From Raillietiella orientalis (taxonomy: Eukaryota), in assembly GCA_036172245.1 (NCBI GenBank), contig JAYWIR010000035.1, forward strand, positions 1,550,001 to 1,614,000: DNA of 64,000 bases, in the 5' to 3' direction. Position numbers and translations under genes: made by a program. Shown here piece after piece: positions 26,301-39,650 of this stretch. The notes below the pieces were generated by a model. That model was not told the DNA's origin, searched no databases, and worked only from the letters and a program-made list of their open reading frames with translations. Every line of letters starts with the position of its first letter. Positions within the stretch are counted from its first letter, which is position 1.

Positions 26301-29300
26301 ACCTAGAACACTCGCGCTCCTCTCCGACACCTATGGAACCTGTTGATTTCTCTCCCTGCTGACTTCTAATGGTGAGAAGGCTAATGCGGTTAGCGTCTCC
26401 GTGAGAAATCGACAGTCTGACTGCAAAGCACCAGTACGGTTTTCGCAGCTGTTTCAAGCTGTGGTTAAAGTATGGAAACTCCCATAAAGTGTGAAAGGGA
26501 AAGAAGTCAAATTGGCCTCTGGACGGAAATTCTCTTTTCGACCGAGCTGTTTACATTTGGAAATCTTATGAAATAAAAGCTGATATGGCCAAATAGTTAC
26601 AAGGAAGCATAGCGTAGCTTGTGAAGAAAGATGAAAAAACAACCATGTATTTTTATGATATAAAAGGTTCATGGTTCCCCCCCCCCCCTTGATTCTTATG
26701 ATGCTCATTCTTTTGCTGATTCTTATGAGGTACTTTGCTGCTGATCTCCTAGAAGCTGCACCGGAGAAGAAATGATCCCCCTGTGATGTCCAAAACAAAA
26801 CGCCCGTTCCCACAGCTACTAGAGATTACGATTCGTGATCATTTTGACACTATGGCCGCTGTGTAAACAACGCTGGATTCGGCTGAAGAGAAACAAATCT
26901 GTGGGTACTCAGCAAGGCGAGCTGCTGGTATTTCGCAAGGTTTGGCTAGGCAGAAACAGCTCAGTGTGCCTTTAGATATTTCCTTAAGAATCTCCTGCTC
27001 CAAAGATTAAAGAAGCATAGGACGTCCTTCGGATGATGACTGATAGTTTCTCCGTTACCACCAGTTTCTCTTGGAAATCAGTGCCCTTTCACACCCCAAC
27101 AGGAGGCAGTAAGGTGGGTTTTTGTGTTCCAGTCATGAGCGGGGACTGCTCAGACGAGATCAAGAAATTGCAACTCCAGCACTTTGTTCTCATAGCGACA
27201 GCAGAAAGCTTTCCAGCAGTTTCACTTTAATCGGCATTTTCTTTTATCCTTTGAATAATAATGCGAAGCAAGAAACTAATATAAAATCTACATCGGTCTA
27301 TGTTTATCCAGATGACATTATGTTTTTTCAGTAAAGACCGAAACCTGTGCGTTTACCCAAAACAGGTCGATGTTAGGTAAGCAGGGAATAGGTATCCGTT
27401 CCTCCTGTGGACCGGAATCGCGCAGTGAGTGAGCAAGCAAATACCTTACCGTGCATATTTTTTTCTTTTAAATAGTCTCCCCGAAATTATTGGATCTCAT
27501 GAGTTCACATCGTGGCCTACTCAATACGATGACATAAGAGCTCGGAAATATAGCTGGCATGATTTTCATCTAATAAGAAAGCCCAGTCGAGGAGGAATCC
27601 TGTGACGATCAAATGTGTCCGAAATCTCTCTTGACTCGCATGCACAAACATTATGCACAACATAATAAATGACCGCCGGTTGCGTCTATGGAAGGCAAAA
27701 TTCCTTCTCTGCCTACCATCGGAATTGGTCCATCAAGCGTCGTCCGTCTTTCTCTGGTGTTTGCAGACCGTCCCGAGTATGGATTACTTTTGCGGGAACC
27801 AAACGCTCAGAAACACGCGATTCGTTCACTTAGATTTTCAGTCAGATTAAGTTTTCTGTCTGCAGATCATGTTCCCTGCAAAATACTTCACTCATCTTCG
27901 CCCACCATTCTCTCCCTGACGTGTATCCAACAGCCTTCCCACTTCCACACAGGCTCCATGAGTAGAGAAGACCTCATTTTTTCTTTTGGCCTTCTCACTA
28001 TTCATTTGCAAGAGTATTCGCGAGGTTGGAGAAGGAACAAAACAAGAACCCAGCTGATCGAACTGAGCTGCCGTTGTTCATTTCTTTGATCTCTTGCACA
28101 GAGATTCGACCTTTATGCATTCTCAATCAACGTACAATTATATAAAGCATGATTTGGAAGGAAACTAATGAAGCAATGATCTTGAGAGCAATGCTCACAG
28201 TTTTGAAATAATGAGGGGATTCCAGTCCATCTTTTAGAATAAATAATTACAGAGCATCTAATGAAATAATTTAGTAGCTGGAGGTCTATATTTACAGTTT
28301 ATTTGCATATCTGCTCGAGTCCGGTTTGATTATGCTTTGAAGTCTGGGAGGACCACTTGCAATTATTGCAATTATTGCACAGATTTATCAGAACCAGAGC
28401 CACATCGGTAGCAAAAAGCTGAAAATATTTTCCAGATAAATGCACTGAAGATCGTCTTCAGCGTAATCGTTTCAGCCAAATGTCTGTAAACCATATCGAG
28501 CCCCTGGACTTGCATGATGATATCTTATGGACGCTCTTCCCAATCGTATGCAGACGAAAGTCATAATTCTCATCGAATAGCGCTTCTTGAGGAACATTCG
28601 GAAAGGGAAAATCAGGGTCCGGTGCTAAATTGACATTATGGATTCCGATTGCATGGAGTCCGAGTAAATCAAGCCTCCTAGCACTGAAAGTTAATGTAAT
28701 AACCTTAGGGTACCAATTAGAAAGTAAGGTTGGGGTGAACTTTTTTATTTTCCTTGGAAAAAAAGATTCGATGCTAAAGAAGCTACAACGCAGATACATG
28801 AAGATTTAGAAACTGCGCTCACAAAGAGATAGTTGAAAGCAAGAGAGGAATCTTGGAAAAGAAGACTTTACAAAGGCATATCTGGATGAAATGACAAGAA
28901 CGAAATGATACATCACGTTTGTCGCGATTTATTTATGCCCACCAGGTGCTGGAAGAGAAAACATGCCAAGATCATCTTCGAAAAATTGGATTTCAACCCT
29001 CCCTGAAATACCATTCCATAGCTGAAGAGATAGCGTCGACTTGAGTGGACGCAACTTTCCATACGCAAATGATGATTCTGTGGTCACAGCAAGGATGTAT
29101 CTTGACTGTAAAAAAATTCCCGAGGAAGTAAGAGGAGGGTTTCAGGAATAATTTCATGGCTTCACTGCAACTTAATAACCAGATCAGATTAAAAGTGCAC
29201 TGGCAAGAAAGTGAAAACGAAAGCACATTTATTGTGGATAGGCATGGAAGCAACAAAGTTTTGTGCTGGCAGTGGGCTCTGGGCAAATTGCATCTTGCCA

Positions 29301-31619
29301 ACATATCAGTGCAGAGATGGATCCGATTTGTTTATGGAATGATAGAAGCTCAGTGCGGAGATGGACTTCAGTCAATTTTTAACATCATAGATGTACAGTT
29401 GCAGGCATGTACCATTGGCTACAAACGCTAGGACGTATAAGTCAAAAGGAAAGCATCACAAACTCCTTCAAAAAAAAAAAACGAGACGTGATCTCATTCT
29501 CGAATCAAAATTATCCAGCCTGGCTGGAGAACCTGTTCCTCACCTTGGAAACTCCTCTACGAATGCAAGCCCGATTCAAATGAAAGCTGCACCTCTGAAA
29601 CCTAACGAAAGAAAAAATGGATGGGTATGATGGGAAAAAACGATAGGATTTTTATTTTACCATTGGCTAGCTCCTGATTTCTTTTCTCAAACCTCAAAAA
29701 GGAAAACCAAGGAAAATGAACATCACGTGAAAAACCAATAATTTCCTACAAAAAAAAAGAGAAGGAAATACTATTATCAACAAGTACTACGATAAAAAAG
29801 TATCTTTCTAACTGTGGTTTATCATTAATTCGAATTGAAGTTATTATCATATCAGTGAATACAACGAAATGCCATACAATAAAGAGGCTCCTGAAGGTTC
29901 CCCCTACTGGTCCTTAATTGCAGTAATCCCAGTGAACGATGCTTCAAAATAAACAACCCTTCATGTGAACCAGTGTTCCTAGAACTACATGGAACTATTT
30001 GTAGACATATATACACCTTGGTAAATATGTTCTGTTTCTTCTTATTTCAATTTGGAGTTCTATGGATTTTAGCAAACAGCAATGCTGCAAATGGATGTTA
30101 TCAGAAAATAACATTAGCATCATGGATAGTTGATAAACACCGATCTTGTCTATTGCAAAGCAGACCTCTTCATGTTTATAGTCATCAGTTAGATAAAATA
30201 AAACCTAAATCTGTTCTTCCAGAGATCAGTTGTCGTTTTTTTAAGAATTGTTTGTGATACATTTCAAACAATCTCGGACACTTTATTCACAATGTATTAG
30301 ACAGCTTTGTTCAACATGGATTTTCTAGAAGCCATGGATTTCTTGAGTTTTACTTAAAGTACCCTCATAGTAGGACCCATGGGTTATTTCCCCCCCCCCC
30401 CTAGTATACGTTCTTTTACGTTGCCGCAACACTCATCATTCATTTTAATTGCCACGTCAAAGACATCAATCTTACAGCACTAACCTACCACAAGTGCGTC
30501 ATGAGTACTGTTTCAAAGGACGATATGACTAAGAGCGGGAGCTAGCATTCTTTTCGTGATGATCATACTCTATCAAAGATCCTGATGAAGCATTCCTTGA
30601 ATTTTTTCATTTGCTTTCAGTAAGTCGCGTTTTCATAACTCGCAACTCTTCGAACGATTTCTGCGAAAAGTGAAACTTTGAACTGTTAGAGTCTCAGTAG
30701 TTTGACAAGTACTTCCCTCTAAAGCATGCTGCTAGTTGATCTGGGATAAGCTTCAGCATTTTTTAGATCCAGTGGAAACATTCCATCATGGCATATTTGC
30801 AGAAACATTCATAAGAGCAACCCACATATCTCTTGGTTATTACATGGCTCGTTCTCATTTTCCTCAGCTCGGAAAAAGTCTCGATCCCATACAAGAAGTC
30901 ATCGGATCCCTTCGCGAAATTTTGATAAGTAAATGGAGCACCGAAAATGTTTCAAGCACCAATTTTCCAACTCTCATCGAATTTATTCAAAAGAAAAAGC
31001 TCATCACTTACTTTTACTGCTCCCTCACCATGAAGATGGTTGTCATTTTCGCCATTGGCCAGCTGTCGATTTATTTTCTCAAACTTCAAAAAGGGAAATT
31101 AAAGTTTTAAGTCACGAGCATCATAATACTCGTTAGTTTTAAGTCGCATGAGACATTTACATTTTGGTCTGCAATGAACCCTTCAAATGACGGGGTCAAG
31201 GTCAGTGGATTCGTGATGTCTGGTAGGACATGCCAAAAACCTTTAGCCAGAAAAACCTGAACGTTTCCACGTTCGAATTCGAATGCTTTCAGTGACTTCC
31301 GGGATGAGTATACTTCGTTCGCTTGTTCGTCGAAGATTCCTTCCTAAGAGAAAAAAAGCGAGCAATAGGAAAAATATGCTCCACGTTTTATTTCGGAAAC
31401 TACGGCAGCGCATATTCCACAGACTGATGATTGATTACATTTATGGAGAACCAGGTATTACGAAAAATGGAGTCACAGGACTGTACGAAAAGCTTTTCAA
31501 TCGCTGAGGAAACGAACATCGCTGTCAGGTCTCCTGTAAAATTACTCTTACTGAAAAATATGAAAATCAATCAGGGTGTCATCCGATTCCACATCGGATA
31601 GTTGTGACCTGCTTCTTCT

Positions 31620-33717
31620 TTCCCCAGTCCGACTCGCGGTGGCGTAAATTTATTGGAATAAAACCATTCACTCGACATTTACACACACAACAAAACACAC
31701 TGATGCGGCCCACGCGGGTACAGCACTACACCGTCCTGGCCGCACAATTCACTACCCGGAGGTAGTGCAGGAAAGTCCAGGATGGGACTCTCCCATATGC
31801 TCGGATGTATATTTGTTTTTTCAGGAGTCCACGTAGAACGTCCGGGGCACTGAACACTTGTCCACGGGAAAGTTTCGCTCTTCTGATGAGGATACTCCTC
31901 ATGAAGGAGGCCACGATCACTCGCACGTGGGGTTGTAGAGGGGTACGCCGTTTTCGCCTTCAAAGAGCCCTCCTAGGATCTCCAGCGTCGGCGTATCCTC
32001 CTTCTGCACCTCTCGCTTTACTACTCTCCAGTTCCGGACGAGGGTGCGACAGGTGTAGATGTGCAGGTCATCTTCGATGGACCCGCATCCTGGGCACTGG
32101 TCGTCGTCGGGGTTCCCGGTCCAGTGTTGGAGCCTTGTGCCACACAGGATGCCTCCGTAGTAAAACATCAGGAAGCAATCCTCAACTTCCGGTGGCAGCG
32201 AGGATCTCCATAGGACCGCCCCGATCGCCTTTGAGTCGACGGCGGGGTTGTCAAATTTCGACTTCATTTTTCGCATTGCTTCCGATGGTGATGTCTCCTT
32301 GGAACTGAGAGAGTTGTTGTTCAGGAAGTTCACCCTGGACCACTGCGTGCCTTGATCCTGCCAAAGCTCCCGGGTCCTGTGAGTTATCCTCCTCTCCAGT
32401 TGTTTTTTATATGCGAGGACTCGTCGTGCGTGTATACCCACCCTGTTCGACAGTCGCTCGCATGCGTCCATGGTCACTTTCCGGGTCTTCTGGATCCACA
32501 TTCCCGTTTCCCAAGGGACGCTGAGAAACAGCGGGATCACCTTGGTGAGTTTTTTGCTCCATAGCTGCTTTCTCCTTGGCACAATTCGTAATTTGAAGGT
32601 CCACATCAGACTCTGGATTCGCAGCGACGTTGGGTCCACTTTGTCCCAGTAGCCCGCGGTGAGCTCCATGGCGGACATGAGGCCATCGGTTCCTTGCACC
32701 AATCTTGTGAAGGCACGGTGGAACTCAAACGGCCACTCGTCCCATGCGCTGACTATTCGGACCAAATGTTTTAGGTCCTGGAGCTTCACGGTAGTGGCTA
32801 CATCGCGCAAGCCGGTGCCTCCTTCCGTCTGCGGGAGATGCAGGTATTGCAGCTTTGTCTTTGGTCTTTTGCCGTTCCAGACAAGTTTCCTCTGGATGTT
32901 GGCCAGGTCTTTTGTCGTCCTTGGGGGGAACGCTAGAAATGACGCGGCGATGAGAAACTTCGGCGCCATAACCCCGTTCCAGAGGTTACCCTTATCCTTC
33001 TGCGAAAAACATCTCCCGATGTATTGGCTGGACTCCTCGTGCAGCTTGACCAGGATGGTCGACCATTGCTGCAACTCCAGGGCAGGTGTTTCGTCGCCTA
33101 TGTGTACCCCGAAGTGACGTTGTCCGCGATCTGAAAGCCATGAACGTGAAGGACGGTGACGTCCGGTATTCCCACGGCGAGCAGATGGGACTTGTTGGAG
33201 TTCACCTTGAGTCCGAGAACGCATTCCATGGCCTGAATGAAGTTCAGGAATGCCTCCTGGTCCCACTCGTCAGACATGAAGAAAAGCAGGTCGTCAGCGT
33301 AGGCCAGGTGCGTGATGTTGCCTTCTTCTTTCCCCCAGGTTGATACTCTTGAGCCGGCTCTCGCGGTAGACGAAGGCGCTTATCGCCTCCATGTACAGAA
33401 CGAAGAGCATGGGGTTCAGGGCATCTCCCTATCGGACTCCTCTTTTCATGTGGATGTTCTGCGACGTTAGCCCGTTCACGGTGATCGAGAAATTGGCCTC
33501 TTCCCAAGTGTGTGCCACATGTTGCACGAATCTCCCCTGGAAACCCTGCTTTTCGAGGATCTTCAGCAGCGTGGTCCACCGAGTCGAAGGCCTTCTCGAT
33601 ATCGGTGAAGACCAGCACCAGGTCATTGCTCAGGATACGATTGCATCCCAGGAGGGTCTGGGCGCACCTCAAGTTATCCCACATGCGTCTGCCTGGCACG
33701 GCACACGTCTGCGATGC
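31620..33717 (-). mobile_element. Decayed L1/Tx1-like LINE ORF2, distinct family (copy E)
   Basis: QTCAVPGR, DIEKAFDSVDH, RGVR*GD, AYADDL, EGGTGL, QCPGCGSIEDDLH; frameshifted; AATAAA near 31650. Confidence 0.88.
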
Positions 33718-35004
33718 CACCCGGATACGCCGGGACCTTTATTCAAACTCTTTCTGATGTCATAACAATACGTGATACAAGGCCCCACTAACGGCCAACA
33801 TTTCGCCGGACCTGCCGAGACGCCGGGACGCAGACCAGCGTGACTCCTTGGCAGTGGAAGGGGAAGGGGGAAAAAACAAAAAGAAAAATAAAACCAATAA
33901 AATAAAAAAAAGAGTTTGGAGGGCCGGGAAGGGATCACTGACCACTGGTAGGAGGGTCCATGCTTTGCAGTATTCCCTCGAAGTCCTTCTTTAGTCCACC
34001 CAGCTGCGGCCATTCGGTAGATCTCTGCAGGAAGCGAGCAGCATACGGGATGACGTCCCTTTCGTTGACATCTTCATCTTCGGCTTCACTCCAGGCCGCC
34101 ACAATCCCACGGATGCAGCAAAGTGCTGCCAGGGTTGCGGCTGGCTGCAGGGCTTCCCGCACGAAGAGAAGGCGGTAAACGTCTCTGGGGTTGCCGCCAA
34201 CCGGAATCCCAAGGGTCGTTCCGAAAAGTTCTCACAGGGTCCGGGAGGCAGGACAGTCAACTATCAGGTGGGGGAAGGACTCCCGCTCTCAGCACCTGGC
34301 ATACTCAGGGTTTACTCTTCCCCGCGTCCAGTGGAAGCAGCGCGCGTTGCAGGGTAGACCCCTATGCAACAACAGGAGCGCCGACTCTTGCAACTTGAGG
34401 GGGAGGATATTGGAACCATTCAGTACCGGGGGTCACTTCAGGTCATCCGTCGGGATGCCGAGCATCTCGCCCATCGCAAAAGTCACACTCGGGGTCGTGG
34501 CATCTGACAGCTCTCACATGATCCAACCGCTCATCTTCTCTCTGCCCGCGATCCGACGGTAGACTTGCCACTTCGGTGTGCGGCCGCTGACGAGGGCCCT
34601 CCATAGGAAGGGCAGAGCCGTAGCGAAAGGGGTGGTCTCCTCCCATGTGCTCTTTGCGGGACACTCCACAATGGTCCTCAGGGTGCAGCGGGCGTAGGTC
34701 CCGAATCTCACGCAGTTCCAGCTGTCACTTCAGGAGAATGGCATTTAACTTCGCCCACGTTCTAACAGATTCCTCCAGCCATGCGGAGTTGGCGGGGCTG
34801 CATACCATCCAGCCATTCTCCTTGGCAATTGTAGCCATGCGTCAAAGGAGGAGGCCGCATCCTCTGATCTTCCGGCCGGGGCACAGAAGTTGAGACGCGA
34901 GTCCTTGAGTCCTGGAGACGGGCCGGAACGCACCAAGGGGCGCTCCACAACTTCGCTGCGATGGCAATGGTGCGCCATTGCAGCTGGATTTCCAAGCGCT
35001 CTCC
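33718..35004 (-). mobile_element. 5'-truncated L1/Tx1-like LINE (copy A)
   Basis: QLQW..LWSAPWCVPARL, ESFPHLIVDC, AALCCIRGIVAAW, 3'UTR and terminal motif at 33718-33743. Confidence 0.88.
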
Positions 35005-35620
35005 CGACTCTTCCGGAGAAATTCTCCCGGCTTTTTCTTCCGGATGGCGCACCGGCGATCGGAGAGGAAGAGAGAGCCCGCCTGGACGAGTCTTTCACGA
35101 TCGGTGAAATTATCACCGCAATCGGGAAGTTCAAGAGGCGGAAGGCACCGGGAGAGGACGACCTGCCCGCGGAATTCTTTTAATGCTTCGTGGCGGAGCT
35201 GACTCCCCTGGTGCAGCGCTTAACGCTGTTGATTCGGGAGACAGACGATGTTCCCGCCTCCTTCCGATCGGCACGGATGCGTCTCCTCACGAAGGGAAGG
35301 GAATTGCGAAACCTCAGCAACTGGCGTCCCATCACCGTGTTGAACGTGGACGCCAAGTTGCCGGCGAAATTGTGGTCGGAGCGACCAGGGCGGGTGGCGG
35401 AAAGCTTCATCAGCCCGTAGCAGACTTACGCTGTTCCTGGGCGGAGCATGTACGCCAACCGGCTCTTCACGAACACCTGGTTTCAGTTTCAGCGGGGTAG
35501 AACAAACGAAGGGAACACGGTCGGCACTCCGATTTCCGGGACATCCGCTGATGGTTCGCGGGACGGTCGGGAGCACGTGGGGGTCTTCGCGGTCGCACTC
35601 GACTTGCGCAAAGCATTCGA

Positions 35621-37626
35621 TTTTCACCCGGATTTCGCCGGGTCGTTCATTTAAAAATAAACTTTAACAGATATGTCAGTTGCTGCAGCAATGCTCCAGC
35701 CACGCACGAAGAACCACGGAGCCTGCCGGGTCACCGGTTCGCAGACCGATACGGTCCACCAAGGCAGCAGGGGGAAGGGGGGAAAACAAAAAACTAAACA
35801 AAAAGAACAAAAAGAGTGGGAGGGTACGGGAAGGGATATCACTGTTGCTGCTGGGGCCGTAGCATCCTTCGCAGGATGCCGGCAAGCTCTTTCTGCATTC
35901 CTGGATCCAGGTGGGGTCACCGCGACGCCCTCCTCAAAAATTCAAAGGCGTGCTGGATGGCACCCTTATCGCGAGGTCCTCCCGTAGCCTTACTCCAAGC
36001 GGCGACGGTCCCGCGTAGGCAGCACAGGGCTGCTATCGAGGCCGCAGGCCGAAGGGCGTCGGCAACGAAGAGGGCTTTCAATGCGTCCCTGGGGTTGCCG
36101 CAGGGGATTCCGATGGCCGCGGCAAAGCGGAACCAAAGGGGCCGAAGGGCAACACAATCCACTAGTAGGTGGGGGAGGGACTCCCGTTCCCCACGCCTAA
36201 CACAATTGGGGTTCACCGTTCCCCAGGTCCAGTGGTGTCGGCGGGCGTTGCAGGGGAGTCCCCAGTGCTGCAACAGTAGAGCCGACTCCTGCCATTTTAA
36301 GGGGAGGGTGGAAGTGTTCATGAGCACCGGGGGCCACTTCAGATGTTCAATGGGAACATCGAGCAGCGCGCCCCAGCGCAGAAGTCCATTGGGAGGCGTA
36401 CTCGGGGTTGCAGCGTCTGTTAGCTGGCCCGTCTTCCACTCTCCTATCTTCTTCTCCTTCCCGGAGATAGTTACTCTAACCTCTCACTTCGCCGCAACAT
36501 CGCTGTCCTGATCTTCCATTAGGGAGGCCAGCGCAGCAGCGAGGGAGGTTCTTCCTGACCACGCTCGCTTCTTCGGATCCTCCAGGATCTCTCGGAGCGT
36601 GCAACTTCTGTAGCACCCAAACAGGAACCGTCGTTCCTGTTGGGCGTGTTGCATGCCGCACTGTGCCCACGTGCGAACGGTTTCCTGCAACCAGGCACTA
36701 CCGTTCGCGGGGCGACAGGTGATCCATCCGTGGTTTCCCCGAACCAAGGCAGCTACCCTCCGCAGCTGGAGCTCACATCGGTTGATGCGGGAGCGATGGA
36801 GTGAAAGAAAGGACGTGAGTCCCATCTTCCCAATGGCTTTCTTGACGAGGAGACGTGCAGGGACGCACCAGCAGGTGCACCACAACTCCGGCACAAGTGC
36901 CAACATCCGAAACTGGAGCTGTCGCTCCAGCCGCTCCAACGTCAGGATGCCTAGACCGCCATCCCGACGCGGAGCGCACAAGTCCTTCAAGCTGACTCGG
37001 GCCCTCCCGTTGCCCCAAAGGGCGATACAGAGGAGGCCCTTCGTCCGCTTTTTTATTCTCTCTATGGGGGGGGGCAAACAAAAAGCAGGGAACGAAGGAG
37101 AGGAACCGCGAACGTGTTCCAAACCGCGGCCCGTTCCGGCAGGAAAAACCTGCCGCCTCGGAAGGGGCCGATCGCCGTCTCTACTTTTTGGAGGCAGCCG
37201 GACCACGCTTCCGCAGGGGAATAGTCCCCCAACGGCACACCAAGGTACTTGAAGTACCTCACCGTGGGGATCCCCAAACGGACCCATTCCTGCTGCCCTG
37301 CCCACGCCACACCAACTGGCATTACGGACGACTTCGCCCTGTTCACCGTAAGTCCGGTTCCCCGACTCAGCAGGTCGAAGAACTCCTCGACCGCCGAAGC
37401 CGGGGTGGACATAGGGAGCAGCAGCAGAAGGTCGTCCACGTACGCTGAAACCGCCGGCGTACCGGCGCAGTCGTGCGGCAGGTGCTTTAGAGGATCCCTG
37501 TACGCTCTCAGTACCAACTCGAAGTAGGTACTGAAGAGCAAGGGACTCAGGCTGTCTCCTTGACGTATCCCACGCCGCACCGGCACGCCGTGCACGGTCT
37601 GCCCGCTGAAAGAAACGTTGATGAGC
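35621..37626 (-). mobile_element. 5'-truncated L1/Tx1-like LINE (copy B) nested antisense in H
   Basis: GIRQGDSLSPLLF, AYVDDL, YLGVPL, zf-RVT; perfect 15-bp TSD GCGCAAAGCATTCGA at 35606-35620 and 37627-37641; A4 tail. Confidence 0.92.
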
Positions 37627-37900
37627 GCGCAAAGCATTCGACTGATTCGACCAGGAGCTTCTTCTGGAGCTTCTGGAACGCTTGGGATTCCCGGCCTCTT
37701 TAATAGCCTTTCTGCGCTCTTGCTGGCGCGACGCGCTGTTTAACATTTCTTTCAGAGGAAGAAATGTGTTCGGTGTGCTGGTGCGCCGCAGGATACGGCA
37801 GGGCAACAGTCTGAGCCCTTTGCTCTTCAGCACCTACTTTGAGCAAGTGCTGAGGGCGTACAGGGAGACTCTAGCTTGCCTGCCGCGCGTGTGCGCAGGT

Positions 37901-38128
37901 TTTTCACCCGGATATGCTGGGACATTTATTGTTAAAATTTTATAATAAAGTCTTAAGTTTTTTCAGGTAGAACACGTGGTTTTGCCTGTCTTGGAACACT
38001 TGCTTTTACCGGCTACCAGACCGGTGAGATTCTCTTCGCTGGTGAAGGGGGCGGGAGAACCACACACAAAAAAAAAAAAAACACGAGAGGGCAATGTTTT
38101 ATGGGGAGGGGGCAGGAGGGTTCCCAAG
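37901..38128 (-). mobile_element. 3'UTR-only LINE fragment (copy D)
   Basis: Terminal motif at 37905-37930 with a short A tail; UTR similar to the adjacent copy C. Confidence 0.75.
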
Positions 38129-39650
38129 TTTTTCACCCGGGTGAGCCGGAGCTTTTATTATTAAAATTTTTTACATCAAAAAAAAATTCCATAATAAAGT
38201 CTTTTTTTGTTAACACTATTTTTCTTTTTCGGTCAGCACAAAAGTTTTGACTGTTTTGGGGCACTTGTCCTTACCGACCCTTAGGCCGATAAGGTCCTCC
38301 ACACTGGCGCAGGGTCAGGAAAAACCAAAAAAAAAAAGAAAAAGAAAAACGCCTGGGGGGGGGAGCAATGTTTTTGGGGAGGGGAGGAAAGGGAGGGGAT
38401 CACGGTACGCCGTGAGGAGGCCTCTGCATCCGGTTTCGCATGCGAACAAGTGCCGACAAATGTTTTTTAAGTCGGCGCCAACGGGAAGCCTTCTCCAAAG
38501 AGATGGCTGCCCAGTGGATGGCATTCCGACTGGTGCGGCACCTCCTTGACGCGGTCCACTTGTCCAGGATTCCGCGTAAGCAACAGAGCACTACTACACA
38601 CCCGGAGGCTGGCATGGCGTCCCGCACCAGGAGGCGTCTAAAAATGTTCTTGGGGTCGCCCACCGGAATGTTCAGGATCGACGAGAGTCGATCCCACATC
38701 TGACGGAGGGCAACACACCCGATGATTAAGTGGGGAAAGGTCTCCCTTTCCCCGCACTCTGCGCAATTGGCATCCACACTCCCCGGTGTCCAGTGAGACA
38801 GGCGTGCTCTGCTTAAAAGTGGAGCAGAAGTGGCCCAATGGAGCAGAAGCAACGCCATCTCCTGCCACTGCAGGGGAAGGGTGCCGTTGTCCCAAGACGC
38901 TGGGGCCACTTCACCTCCTCCGGAGGCATGTCGAGCAACTCGCCCCCGCGTACAAGTCCATTCGGCGGGACACTCAGGGTAGTAGCGTCCGCTAGTTCCC
39001 GGGACGTCCACGCCTTCATCAGTTTTTTCCTGCCCTTGATGAAGCAGGACACTTCATAAGAAGCCTCCTCTTGGCTGTCCCTGGCTTCTATGAGGGAGGG
39101 CAGCACGGGGGCAAGGGGGGTGAATGAAGCCCACAAAAGCTTTTGTGGGCTGAAAAGAATTTCCCACAGGGGCTGGCCAGCGTTCCGGCCTCGACGAAGG
39201 CAGAAGTCCACCTCGCTGGAGCCGTTGATTTTTGCCCACGCGGAAACAAAACAGACTCCTGTAGCCAGGTAGTCAAGTCCGCGGGGATGCAGGAGATCCA
39301 CGGATTGTCCCTCACCAGGGCAACCAGATCCCGTAGCTGAAACCCACAATGGTTCAGACTACAGTCGTTGGCTGCTAGGATTGAGGTCAATCCGTAGCAG
39401 CCGGTTGCCCTGTGGGCGAGGATTCGTGCGGGCGCACACCATGGTGCTGTCCAGCTCTTTGCCACAAGGGCAAGTTTTCTGAATTGGAGCTGTCGCTCCA
39501 TGCGCTCCAACGTCAGGAGACCAAGTCCACCGTCCCTGCGTGGAGCTCACAAGTCTTTAAGCCGGACGCGGGACCTCTGGTTGCCCCAGAGGGCTTTCCT
39601 TATGAGGCTCCTTGTCCGTGTTCTAATTTGGGAAGGGACGGGGCACACAG
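38129..39650 (-). mobile_element. 5'-truncated L1/Tx1-like LINE (copy C) nested antisense in H
   Basis: LERMERQLQFR, WTAPWCAPAR, NCAECGERETFPHLI; terminal motif at 38134-38159; the C+D unit is bounded by GTGC(G/C)CAGGT at 37891-37900 and 39653-39662. Confidence 0.85.

Noticed and set aside
28450..29430. Possible old RT relic (LHDDI, RNLG)
   Set aside because: Motifs too weak to support a call.
35005..37900. Strand switches as twin-priming 5' inversions
   Set aside because: TSDs and sequence differences between overlapping RT segments show separate nested copies.
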